A stretch of 59,414 bases of DNA, the filler included, from Squatina squatina (taxonomy: Eukaryota), in assembly GCA_031763465.1 (NCBI GenBank). It is 3 parts of 3 records of this genome, joined end to end, with 100 filler letters (N's around TTAATTAATTAA, not from the genome) between each part and the next. Parts side by side here need not be neighbours in the genome. Positions count along the whole stretch, not along the records: positions 23,581 to 42,089 come from JARFOE010000194.1; 2 more parts are not named here. One strand, 5' to 3'. The notes under the pieces are model-generated. The model was not told the origin of the DNA and did not search any database. It saw only the letters and a list, made by a program, of their open reading frames with translations. The first letter of the stretch is position 1. Each line of letters starts with the position of its first letter. The position numbers and the translations under genes are program-made. This document shows positions 25,396-38,016 of the stretch, in pieces.

Positions 25396-26482
25396 CTGGA
25401 AAATACTGTGAGGCCGCTGACCTCCATGCCTGAATTCCAAGTAAATGCTCCTATCAGCTTGATGCTGGGAGTGCTGCTAACCCCCATATTTAAAGATTGT
25501 GGTTCTTCATTACGATTCCTTTTCAAAGCTCTTGAGCTTTAAAAGGTCTCCCACCCCTGATCTACACTATCGCTTAGAGTCACAAGTGTGAGGTAAACAT
25601 AGTAAACGCACACACACTATTCACCAACACAGTACTTACGTAACACCATAAGCAGCATTTCCAGAACCATTCAATACCCTTCACTGATTTGGAATTTCAA
25701 GAGGGCTGGAACAAAAAGAGCTGGAATGGCCTGGACCTGTAATTGATTCAGCTGTGGTGCCAAGCAAAATGCAGGCCAAAGTTGGTAAAGCAAAATAACC
25801 GTGGGCACAGCAATCTGATAAGCATTATTTGAGTAACTTTGAACCAGATAAGCTGACCTTTCCATATGACGCAGTAGATTGTACTGTTTCAAAGTTCACA
25901 GATGAAAGGCTTGAGCAGATAAATTACCTGCTTACAGGTTATTCTGGTCATCAGTCTACATTTCGGTCTCTGTGATCTGTTCTGACTACATCATGATAAA
26001 ATGTACAAAGTCGTGGCCATAAAATTCCAACAATTCTTTCTGGCGACAAATGCCTGGCTGCCCAAAGTATGCAGTAATTACAGTTGCCCCCGTGGATCCA
26101 GGTGAGATAAATATTTCCATTTCTGTTTGGAAATCCTACTTGAAGTAGTTTTAGTGTAAAACAGCATATAGGGGGTTAAAATTATATTTGCTGTTCTCTG
26201 TGAGGTTGCTGAAAATAACTAACCAGAGTGTGATTTGTGGTTTAGCACTATCCTTACTTGTTTTTGTTTCAATAGTATAGTTTAGGTAATATAACAGGCA
26301 TTGTAGCGTTACTACAACGAACAGTGTACTCTCTTCAGATTAAATGCTGCCAGAATCAATGTTTGTGATGCTCGGAAACTATTTCCATTGCTGCAATATA
26401 GAAATGAACACTTAGCTTCTTTGAGTTTCATGTTTGGCACCTACAAAATAAAAGTTTTCACAAAACTGGAACTCAAGACTGA

Positions 26483-27101
26483 AGGGTCAATTTTACCTTG
26501 GAGACACATTCGAGATCGGCAGGGTTCAGGATGGGAGGGAAACCTCCACAGACGTCAGCCTGAGGCCTGACATGTTGGCCTTATTTAAATACTGCAGTAC
26601 TCTCTCCCGAAGTGACATCGGGGCTGGCAGGCAAGAATAGAAATTGGGACATGAGGCCGAAGATGCCAGGAATCCAAGAGAACAGTCCCCAGCATGAAGT
26701 TAATGTTGGGGGTGGGTGTCTGCAGGCGATACCAGCGCTTGGAAGGGTGAGGCAAGGCTATGGGTAGGTAGGCCCAGGGACTATATGCAGAGCTCAGGGG
26801 AGCACACCTGCTCCTCCTGGGCCACAAGGAATCAGCAGAAAAGGTAAATGCAAATACTTACCTTGGCCTCTCCGTTGACTCTCACCAGGTCCCGCTGTCA
26901 GGTTTGGCCCCATGCAGTGCCGATTATATCATCAGGTCACCACCCTTTGAATGTAAAGTATTACCCCACCTGCCTGGGGCAGATGGCCATCCTGTGCTTG
27001 TTCTGAGGTGTTAAGATATAGGGGGCAGGAATGTGGCACAACCCCCCCCCCCCGCCCACCCACACTATTCCCGCCAGGGGAGTAGGGTTAAAATTGACCC
27101 T
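26483..27101. mobile_element. Non-autonomous DNA transposon (MITE) of about 620 bp with terminal inverted repeats
   Basis: The left end AGGGTCAATTTTA and right end TAAAATTGACCCT are exact reverse complements. Flanks are TGA and TCA. The internal 'ctgctcctcctgg.ccacaag' is shared with about 39457-39478. Confidence 0.75.
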
Positions 27102-27414
27102 TCAATCCCAAAGCTGAAATCCTTTGTGTGAGCCATTCAAGTTCACCAGGTAACATAAATGGATGCACTCCCCAGCATCCCCACATACTGTTGGGAAATA
27201 TGGAATACTAGCAGAGGTCATCTGACAGAGATGAGCAGGGAGAATTAATCTATTTCCCCAACCAGACTGGCACTAACCAAGCAGGAAGTGAATGCCATTT
27301 CCCTCCAAGATTAAAATACATAAAAAGGCATCTCACCTTGTTGCTATGGTTGGAGATGCTGACAGCAGCCACTTGCCGACCACCTACCACGATGACTTAA
27401 CAATTACTTACAGG

Positions 27415-27486
27415 TAAAAACAGAAAATGCTGGAAATGCGGATCAGGCAACATCTGTGGAGAGAGAACCCGAGTTAACATTTAAGG
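27415..27486. mobile_element. Penelope-like terminal repeat fragment; related hairpin-form copy at about 34780-34916
   Basis: 'aaaacagaaaatgctggaaat...ggcaacatctgtggagagaga..gagttaac' is recalled as a common elasmobranch repeat end. Confidence 0.45.
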
Positions 27487-29604
27487 NNNNNNNNNNNNNN
27501 NNNNNNNNNNNNNNNNNNNNNNNNNNNNNNNNNNNNNNNNNNNNNNNNNNNNNNNNNNNNNNNNNNNNNNNNNNNNNNNNNNNNNNGGGAAACCTATGTT
27601 GCTGCTTGCTGCCCATGGCAGTTGTGATAGCAGGTACATGAATCATGCAAGTATAGTAAGTGGAAGGATTTGTCATGGGAAGCAGCAGTTGGCAATACAA
27701 GGGATGGAATAGTTAATGGGAAAGAAAGTTGTTACAAATTGTACCCTGATGCATAAAGGGCAATCATGGAAAGCTTATAAATTACTGTAAGACTATGTGG
27801 GTGGGAGGTAATAATTCATGGCATGCACATTTGACACATACATTAGTATGAGGTTAGGGTGGGGTCTGCTACCTTGGGACAAATTATGAGATCATTTAAC
27901 TTTTTGTACTACTCCAACCAGGTTCCCTGAACAGTGAATCTTGTTGGCATTTACATGTGTTGCTACCTGCTGCCAGGCATCTCACTACCTAAAGACTATC
28001 TTTTGGAAGCAGCAGCTTTCTCCTCTGGCTTACTTGCTCCAGTAATTTGTCCCTTGCCTGATCAGAACATATTAGAATAAAACAAGATAACTGAATACTC
28101 AGGAAATAATTCTCATGGGTAGAAATTATGATGTGGCACAAGTTAGATATTGCACAGGCCTAGATTATGATGGCAGCTCTTAGAATAGCTAATCCCTTGT
28201 GTTTGGGCTGTATTTAGTTTTGTCATTGATTACATTTTCAGATAGCCTGCCTTCTGAAAGTTAATATTCTGACTAAATATGAGGTAGCATGGGGACCTTG
28301 GATTATCCTGGGAGCTTCACCTCCTGCACATAGTCAGGTACTTGTAACATTTTAGGTTCTTTTAATAAGATAACTTGAATATTTGGCAGGATTTCTGTTA
28401 CTTCAATCAGGAGATGACAGGGGATTCATCTAGATTTATGGTTGAATGTGTCAGGCGTCTATCATGGAGCCAGATAAACAGCTGCCTTTCTCCTTCAACA
28501 TGAGATTTTGTGGCAAGTGAAAGTTATACTGCTGGATTTATGTAATAGACTTGAAATATTCAGACATTGTTACTGGTCCACGATTTAATAATTAAAAGCA
28601 AAGATAGCTGCGTGGAAAATGTAACATTAACTTACGTTAATTTAAAAAGAAAGGCTTGCATTTATATGGCGCCTTTCACTATCACAGGCCATCCCAAAAC
28701 GCTTTACAGTCAATTTAGTCACTGTTGCAATGTAGGAATTTTGTACATATATATAGGTACTGAGCATGCAACATGTTTTTTGGTTAACATGTGAAATATC
28801 TCTAAAGCAGCCCTACCCTGAAAGTATCGCTTCCAATTTTAATAGACACTGCTATTCGAGGCCTTGCAGGGTTTCCCACGGCTGTAACTCACAGGTTAAT
28901 AATGCGTGGGAGTAGTTTCGGTCATTCAGGTAGGCTGGGTTTCTGTTAGCTTGATTGCATACCTTTTCAGCCATATCACCATGTCAGCACTAAACAGTGA
29001 TCAGTGTAATTCCTCGCATTCCTTTCCTAGTCACAAAGGAAACACATCCACAAAGCAAACTTCAATGGCCCGCTGAGCACTCTAAGGTTGTACCCTCCTG
29101 TACCATTAAAAGTAAAAGGTTAATTCCTTTCTGATTAAACTCAGACCAGAGCCGATTGTCAGGCCTGTTCTTTTTTTCTTTGCCAGCAAAACCGTGAGAC
29201 AGCCCTTTATTGTAAATGCCATGTAGCNNNNNNNNNNNNNNNNNNNNNNNNNNNNNNNNNNNNNNNNNNNNNNNNNNNNNNNNNNNNNNNNNNNNNNNNN
29301 NNNNNNNNNNNNNNNNNNNNNNNNNNNCACCTCTCTTAAAAGGCAATATTGGTCTTTGTGTGAACATACACTTTTAGGAAGCTAAATAGATCTACATTTC
29401 CTAAAATGAAAGCTGCATTTTATCCATGAAAAAGCTTTTGACAAATCTTTTTTTTTGGCTTGGAAAATGAGAAGAGCAATAAATCTTTATTGTGTTATTT
29501 CCGCATAATTGTGCATTACAGTCACCATTTTATTGTGGGTTTGGAAGAAAACAAAAGAATTGTCAACTGGCTTTTTTGTGAGTACTGCGCCTTTAAGAAA
29601 AGAA

Positions 29605-30025
29605 AGCAAATTGTATTCATATAGCACTTCTCACATCTTTAGGATGTCCCAAAGTGTTTTACAACTAATGAATTATTCTTGAAGTATAGTCACTATTATT
29701 TTGTTGGCAAATGCAGCATTCAATTAGCACACAAATTGCAATGAGATAAATAACCAGTTAATCTGTTTTGGTGGTGTTGCTTGAGGGATGAATGTTGGCC
29801 TGGACATCCAGAGAATTCCCTGCAATAGAAAAATTGCTATGAGATTTTCTACATTTACCTGACCAGGCAGATTGGGCCTCAGTTTAATATCTCATCTGAA
29901 AGACTTCTGACAATGCAGTATTGAAGTATCAGATTAGTTTGTGTATTCAAGTCCTAAGCTGAGGCTTGAATCTACAACCAACTAATTGAGAGGGCAAGAG
30001 TGCCACCATTGAGCCAAGCTGACAC
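29605..30025 (-). mobile_element. Near full-length L2-tailed SINE copy
   Basis: Tail, central domain and tRNA-like head are all present and colinear with 929-1210 and 13640-13940. Confidence 0.75.
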
Positions 30026-31409
30026 TGTATCATTCTGCTTTTTGTTCCTGAGTGAAAATGAAAGATTATCTTTGAACTGTGTCCTAGGGCAGCCAAGGCA
30101 AGCACTGCAAAAGGAAATTGCTGTGGTAACAGCGTATCCAGTTAATACTGGATTTTAAATTGCTGAGGTAACCCACTAAAGCATAATATGGCCACTCAAC
30201 CCCTCCTTCACTGTACTCCTTTGCATAAACTGCACATTATTCCCGACTAGCTGAGAAAATAGAAGGGTACACTCACTTTTCCTATCATGAATGTTAAAAT
30301 AATTTATATCATTTTATTGTGTGTTTGCAAGAAAAGTAAAGATTTCCCAAANNNNNNNNNNNNNNNNNNNNNNNNNNNNNNNNNNNNNNNNNNNNNNNNN
30401 NNNNNNNNNNNNNNNNNNNNNNNNNNNNNNNNNNNNNNNNNNNNNNNNNNNCGAGTGTCCGGGCCGCTGTCGATCGCACGGTAGGCTCAGGGAACAGGGT
30501 GTGCGACTAACACCTTGGTAAATCTCCAAACGCACGTGTTGAAGTTTATTTTCTCTCTCTCTCTCTCTCGCTCTCGCTCTCTCTATGTGTGTGTTTTTTT
30601 GTTGTTGCAGTATTTCCACCATTAAGTGGCAGAAGACCAGCCCCTGAAGAACAGCTGTACTGATGCAGTGTCACCTAGTTATGAGGCTGAGTGGAATTTT
30701 CCAGATGTTCATCTCTTTCTGTGTAGCCAGACTGAAGCAATCCATGCAATTTAGTCAGCACATAATGATTCATACAAGAGTCTGGTGGCTCGTAGCGTTG
30801 TGAGAGCGAAGTAAGTTTAAATAACAAGCTTATAAAAAACATCTGGGCTTTTAACAACTGGTAGCACTCCAGGGATATTGGGAAATATAAAGGCACAATG
30901 CTTTTGTTGTCATACATAGGAAATACTTTAATATAATTTTGAAAACCACAAGCCAATCCCTTTGCCATGTTTAAGCTAAAGAGTCTGTGAATGTTTAATC
31001 TGTAAATAAATTGTTTAACAATTCATTTAATCTCTCCATGGTTTTGTAATGCAAGTTTATAGTATTGTTTCAGAATCTGTAAAAGATACTGTTCAGCAGT
31101 GTTTCCTTTGTATCTGTTAATGAGGATTCAGTCAATGAACAAACTGCAGCCTGAATATTTTGACAGTTTATTTTTGGCAGGCAGAAGATAACCACGTTCT
31201 TGCATCATCTGTGTGCAGTAATCTTTCCTCCTTTGTTGTTGATTGTTGAATTATCATAGGTGAAAATCCCACTCTTATGGTAATTTTCCCTGTACTGTTT
31301 GGGCAACAAATAGGCTAATGGTTAGTGGTAAATTGCATTCAATTACGAGCATACTATATAGCACACTGATGTGTTTGTTTGTGGTGGGAGAATCTTTACA
31401 TAGTTCTCC

Positions 31410-31480
31410 TGATGAGCTTCCGACCACATACCAAGCCATCCCTAAAACTGCCTAGTTCCACCTCTGTAACATTGCCCGAC
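31410..31480 (+). mobile_element. L2 LINE fragment
   Basis: 'gagcttccgaccacata...ttccacctctgtaacattgccc' is homologous to about 40680-40740. Confidence 0.65.
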
Positions 31481-32237
31481 NNNNNNNNNNNNNNNNNNNN
31501 NNNNNNNNNNNNNNNNNNNNNNNNNNNNNNNNNNNNNNNNNNNNNNNNNNNNNNNNNNNNNNNNNNNNNNNNNNNNNNNNTAAAAACATGGTTACACAAA
31601 ATGATGAGCTTTCCTCCTTTACTTCCCCTATCTCCTCTTTTTCCTTCTGCCACTTTTTATGTAATATATGTGATCAGAAATATTCAATCAAGTATTAATG
31701 AAAAATCCTTTATCAAGTCCTTCAACACATTCTTCTAATGTAATTACCAATGTTTATTCATTGCTGCAACTTGAAATTTCACATATTTCAAATCTGCCTT
31801 TAAAGATGCAGCAAATTCTATATTACAGCATATCTTTAAAAGGAGTAACTGCATGGTTAAATTAAAATATCGATGGACAAAATAACTACTGTTCTGAGGA
31901 GTGGAAAATGTTTGGAAGTTTATTCTTTTAAGAAAAGAAGTCTTAATTGTGCAGAATCATAATTATAGCATGGCTAGGGAGCTGGCAAACACAGTTTTGT
32001 GTCAACATCTGCAACTTGCTTCAAACACAGTACACCGTTACTTTGAGTTCCAATTGGCAAGCATCTGCATTACTTCATTGGGCTATTGCTGTGTGCCAAT
32101 GTAAGCATGTTTTGGATGTGAAACAGAGAAAAAGAAANNNNNNNNNNNNNNNNNNNNNNNNNNNNNNNNNNNNNNNNNNNNNNNNNNNNNNNNNNNNNNN
32201 NNNNNNNNNNNNNNNNNNNNNNNNNNNNNNNNNNNNN

Positions 32238-32600
32238 TTCTTCCTAAGGTGCGGTGCTCTGAACTGCTCCAAGTGCGGCCTAACCAGGGTTTTGTCCAGC
32301 TGCAGCATAACATCTACCCCCTTGTACTCTAGTCCTGTCGATATAAAGGCCAGCGTTCCGTTACCTTTTTGATTGTTGTCTGTACCTGTTGATATTTTAA
32401 TGATCGATGTACCTGGATCCCCAAGTTTCTTGGGGCCTCCACTGTTTTTAGCTTTTCACCATTTAGAAAATACCCTGTTCTATCCTTTTTAGGCCCAAAG
32501 TGGATGACCTCATTTGCCTACATTGAAATCCATTTGCCACATTTTTGCCCATTCACTTAATCCCTTTTGTAATTTTATGCTTTCATCTACACTGTCTACA
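32238..32600 (-). mobile_element. CR1 LINE RT fragment
   Basis: Minus ORF MLQLDKTLVRPHLEQFRAPHLRK. Closely related to 22220-22486. Confidence 0.85.
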
Positions 32601-35600
32601 CTGTTGTGGCATGATTAGAGGCAGGGTCCTTAGGTGAGATAATTGATTCCTAAGCTTATAAATATAAAATAAATTGTAAAACCATTCCCCTCAGGAGGAT
32701 TGAAAGTAAATGAAACAAACATTAAAAATAAATAAAATATAATTAGGCTTAGGGCTTATACAGAACGAAGTAAATGGAGATTGTGTACCCTTATCACAAC
32801 AGAGGTTTCTGGTGCTGCACATAGATCATTTTGTACAAGTTGAATGTTTTTCCTACTGATAAGAATTGCAGTTCAGTACCAAAAGCTCCCAGAATTATTG
32901 GTTATTTTCTCTTCAGTCATACAGTACTTATGCAACATAATAGTACTCTAAATACAGTTTAACCCCCTTTCAATGCTGATTTAAGGTCAAGGTTAAAACG
33001 GAATACAATTAACTTCCCGAAAAGTGCACATTGTTGCTCTTTTCCCCTCAGCTCCAATGCACAAGCTTCAACTGAAGTGAAACTTGGAAGGTCTCACTGT
33101 GAGCCTCAATGTCTGATGGAGTTTGCTGCAGACTTTCAAAAGTCACTGTGCTGGGTTTTATTGGTTGTGGTTGTGGTGTTCAAAATATATGATTTAGAAA
33201 TAATTTATCCCCATGAATCACAGTCTGGGATCAGTTAGCAGGAGCATTTCCTGAAATAAGTACATTTTTTGTGGCAAATTGAACTTTTTCTAAAAGGAAT
33301 TGGCTCTGCTACTGAGTAATTTAAACAAAGATAATTAATGGTGCTATAATTTGTCCAAAGTTTTTATACTGGGGCAGGGTGAAGATGGGTTTAAAATGTA
33401 TCCTCACCAGATGCAGGATATCAGCCCCAGGAAATGGAACACTTTCTGATTTTAGGTACTCAATATGAATCAAGTGCTACCAGATCACGTATAGCATAAC
33501 ATTTTGAGAGTAATGCATTCTCTACACTGTTCCAGTAAACTTAACCTTATCCTCAAAAAACACTTTCTATTGCATCAGAGTGATATTTGCATTTCCCACA
33601 CACTAGCCTTGTGGCCTTTCTAAGTAAGACTGCCAATTTCTCTTGGATTATGGGCAGTTTTACACTGCGGGGGCCTTCTGTTAGGAAATGTTTTGGTAAT
33701 GCCCAGAATCCTTTCACTTATGAACCTTATAGTCAGCAGAGAGGAGACATCTGTCTGCGTATGAATCAAACTGTCACAGATGTGAATGGACATTGTACTG
33801 CCCTACTGCACCATCCAATCCCACAATTTTGTATAGTTTTAAGGCACTCTTTAGTTCTTCAATACATAATTGATTAAATTCACTGAAATGAAGCATAATG
33901 CATGCACAATTTTTTGCTTTGATTCAAGAGTAAATTCCTTATGGAACTGGAGAATTGCCTAATTTTAAGTGACTGAACTTTATTTCAATGTATGCATTGG
34001 GACATTTTACTACGTTAAAGGTACTACATAAATGCAAGTTGTTGTTGATGATTTTAAGACAAGATTCCTGTTACAATAATGGGGACAGTCCATGCCGTGC
34101 TTTTATTTCCTCTGAAAAGACTCAGGATGTTGNNNNNNNNNNNNNNNNNNNNNNNNNNNNNNNNNNNNNNNNNNNNNNNNNNNNNNNNNNNNNNNNNNNN
34201 NNNNNNNNNNNNNNNNNNNNNNNNNNNNNNNNCACGGTCTCAGCAGAATCATTTGTGGAGACCCTGGGAACTGGACTCTGGTAGGATTAAAGTCTGTAAA
34301 ACAATCTTCACGCCATAGATTAAGTCAATGATTAATACAGTGTGTGGTCATACAAAGTAAACAGGAATTTAACACTGAATCTCTGTCCCATAACAGTTAT
34401 GTCTGGTTAAAAAAAACATCCAATTTATACTGTCATTTAAATTTAGCTACATAATACTTTTCTAAGTTGACTTTCATGGTGTTTTTGAGCCTTAGGGTGA
34501 CAAATAAAGTCTGATCTTAGAAAGATTTTATTGTACTGATTTTCATTTAATGTACTGTTCAATAAATCCTTTTTGGTGATTGTGCCATTGTATAATATAA
34601 TCTGTGCACTTTCTAGGCCCTTTGAACAAACATAAAGCCTAAATTACCTTTGCTGTGTTCCCAATAGTTTCTTTCCTCCTTCCAACTTTAACTGCTCTTT
34701 TCTTCCCTTTCCTTTTCTCCTTTCCCACTTGCCAGTTAGAAAGTAGCTGAAAGGCAAACCTCAAAGGTTGGAAACGTGAACTAAAACCGGAAGTGCTTGA
34801 AATGCACAACAGGTCAATCATAGTCTGAACGAGAAAGACAGGTTCTTGCTATACTTAGTGATTTTTCCCTTTCAAATGCTGATCTGCCTGCTGTGGATAT
34901 CCTGCATTTTCTGTTCTTACTAGTTACAGATTTCAGCTGAGAGCTCCTGCGCTCATGGCAGAACAGGTCAGATCAAAATCACTTCTTTTCTGGAGCAAAG
35001 AGAGTTAGGAATAAGCAGAACATCCCATGTAAGAGGGAAATGATGTGGCAACTGCTGTGGTGTGCAGCAGCTGCTTGTCCTGTCAACTAAATGCACAGTA
35101 TCACTCCATTTACAGTGCCTGAATTTCACTGCACTAAACACATGTAAACACCCAGTATTGTCTTTGCCTGGTAATACTGCAACAGGTCACAATGGATGAA
35201 TCTCACTGCAATGTCTGTAACACATTTGAAGACATTGGAGCAGTTGTGCATCCACTGCATCAGATACTTTGTACTGCTTGAGTATTGGTTTGTATAAACA
35301 GTTTTACTGAATCTAAGTCCAACTATAAATTGTAGTTTTAGCATCACAATTAGTACCTACAATCTAGTTCATTTCCCAACTAAAAATGAGAGATAGAATG
35401 GGGAGAGGAAATAAGGACCATCAACATCCTGTATCAGATTGAGTAAAACAAAAGAATTATATTTATATAACCCTTTATCACTTCTCTTAGAAAGTCTCAC
35501 AGCATGTCACATACATGGGGGCTGAAATTGGCTGTTGCCACGCTTGAAACGCTATCGCACTGATTAGTGCCCAAACAGCACCCGGCATTAATAGTGTCAT

Positions 35601-35810
35601 GGAGGTCCAAAATTTGCTTACGTTTTTCTGCTGACCAGGCATGGTACTGTTGGAGTCGCTGACAGCTGCCTGGAGGCGCTGTTAGTGGTGCGCTCTTGAC
35701 TGCTCACAACTCCTTCAGGTGACACATATTGTTGAACAATTGCATTCCCACTGCCTTCATTCATATAAAAGCCTGGCTGCTCACACTTCAGCAGATTGTT
35801 TTGCTCAGTT

Positions 35811-36035
35811 ATGCGGAGGAGTAGGAGGTTCTCTGATGAGGCTCTGGAGACATTAGTATCTGGTGTGGAGAGGAAGAGGGGGCAGCTCTTCCCAGCATCT
35901 GGGAGAAGAGCTGCCCCAGCTGTTGACTGGGCCAGCTGGCAATCAATATCTGAAGAGGTTTCTGCCTCAGATGTGGAGCCCAGGACACTCAAGCAATGTA
36001 GGAAAAAGTTCAACGACCTAACTCGTTTGGTGCGG
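35811..36035 (+). CDS. Myb/SANT-like DNA-binding domain exon (Harbinger/PIF ORF1 type; MSANTD/NAIF1-like)
   Basis: 75 open codons, MRRSRRFSDEALETLVSGVE...LF...WQSISEEVSA...RTLKQCRKKFNDL, carrying the RFS..E, W..I and R...QC.KKF/W.DL signature. TATAAAA at 35764-35770, GTGAGT donor at 36036, TIR-like GGGGCTGAAATT at 35517. Confidence 0.8.
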
Positions 36036-37377
36036 GTGAGTGCCACTTGCTGTGCAACACTGAAGGACCTCATTGCAGCAGAGATAATGAGTTGCGCACT
36101 AAATGAAGTCCTAATTCCCCTTGCTTTAACCCCTTCTACTAATCTCAGCTGCTGCATTGACGCATGCATCTACACTGAAAGGTGACCACGCAGATGCTAA
36201 CACATCATNNNNNNNNNNNNNNNNNNNNNNNNNNNNNNNNNNNNNNNNNNNNNNNNNNNNNNNNNNNNNNNNNNNNNNNNNNNNNNNNNNNNNNNNNNNN
36301 NNNNNNNNNNNNNNNNNNNNNNNNNNNNNNNNNNNNNNNNNNNNNNNNNNNNNNNNNNNNNNNNNNNNNNNNNNNNNNNNNNNNNNNNNNNNNNNNNNNN
36401 NNNNNNNNNNNNNNNNNNNNNNNNNNNNNNNNNNNNNNNNNNNNNNNNNNNNNNNNNNNNNNNNNNNNNNNNNNNNNNNNNNNNNNNNNNNNNNNNNNNN
36501 NNNNNNNNNNNNNNNNNNNNNNNNNNNNNNNNNNNNNNNNNNNNNNNNNNNNNNNNNNNNNNNNNNNNNNNNNNNNNNNNNNNNNNNNNNNNNNNNNNNN
36601 NNNNNNNNNNNNNNNNNNNNNNNNNNNNNNNNACATACACCTTCCAGACTTGGATACAGATCACAGTTGCTTCAACTTAGAAATATGGAGTAACAAAGAA
36701 ATAAGTTTTAATTAACATGAGGAGGAAAATGTGCAGCAGCATATCAGTCCGCTATCTGAAGGCCTTCCATTCTTCTGGGTCCCTGAACATGAACAGCCCT
36801 GTAATCTGAATACCTCTTAAATAACCGGCCAGATTATCATTCACATGGCCTGTCTTTCACTGACTGCTTTGTGCAGATGGGCTGTGTGAAATTTGAACTC
36901 TGCAGACTCTATCAGTTCAGGTGCTATGACAGGTTTTAAAGGGCCATAAAGATTCAGAAAAATGGATAGATGGTTTGAAGGTTTCCTCTCGTTCTGGGGT
37001 CTGTTCGACATGGACCAATGTGTTTCATGCTGTCAGTCACCTCCGGGATCTGAGAATCCAGATCACGCACAGAGGTCGAAAGTTCACTGTCTCTGTTGGG
37101 TCAGATGCTGCCCTTTCACCTGTGGGGTCAGGGTTCAAATCCCACCCAGACAGATGGAATGAAGAATTCCTGTCTGTGTGATGGAAGGGTGCTGAATGGT
37201 GCAGTAGGTCAGAACACTATCCTTTCAGCTCCGGGATTTGCGTCTGAATCCAAAAGAAATAAATAAATTAAATGTAGTTCAGTAATAATTTGCAAGCCAT
37301 AACTCTACTTATATCTCATTTGTAGCAGCAAATAGTAGNNNNNNNNNNAAAGACGTAGATAGTTCACTAAACATTTA

Positions 37378-38016
37378 GGGGCCAAAATTTATGGCTCGTG
37401 TGCGCCTGGTTCGCGTCCGCTGTTGGCGCTCCCAGGGCGCTGAAGGTTTTTTCGCAGCTTGTTCATGTCTCCTGAAACAGTCATGGCCTGTTTTGCGGAG
37501 GCGCCCAGAGGACACGCCTCCGTGGGCCGGCGCGGCGAGGATATTGGCGGCGTGCGGTGATACTGTGCACGACAATCCACGAGCAACCCGGCAAGATTTT
37601 CAAACAGGAAGATGTTACTCGCACCTGGGGTTAGCAGCAACAGCAAGAGCTGTCGCTGATAAGTCAGTCCCTGGATGCCCCACCATCATTTAAAGGTAAG
37701 TTAAACATTGATTTAGCGATGCGGCATTTACGAGGCCTTTCTTCATAAGTGCGGCAACATCTTGTTCACATAAGGAGTTAATGAAGTTAGCACTAACTAC
37801 ATACTTATAGTTGAGTTCATAATTTATCTTCAAGCCTATCTTTGTCAGCTGTTTAAATCATGGATGCAGTCCTGGCAGTCAATGTCTCCTGCTGCAACAT
37901 CTTAGGAGATACCTGCTTAGAAGGAGAAGGTGGAGGCAAAAAAGGGTGCAGCAAAGAAATGCACTAAGGAGAGGGGTAGGTGACGCAGCCCCAGCACTGC
38001 AATTAGATGAACCCAC
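37378..38016 (+). mobile_element. Left end of a Harbinger-like DNA transposon (degenerate)
   Basis: TTA precedes the GGGGCCAAAATTT terminus, followed by a CpG-rich subterminal region. Runs into a gap. Confidence 0.55.

Noticed and set aside
25060-25542. 160-aa Pro/Leu/Ser-rich ORF
   Set aside because: By-product of a polypyrimidine tract lacking stop codons.
31396-31480. Minus-strand peptide GNVTEVELGSFRDGLVCGRKLIRRTM* as a terminal exon
   Set aside because: It is the antisense reading of an L2 LINE fragment homologous to about 40680-40740.
35618-36169. 183-aa minus-strand ORF
   Set aside because: Antisense shadow of the Myb/SANT exon with no recognisable motifs.
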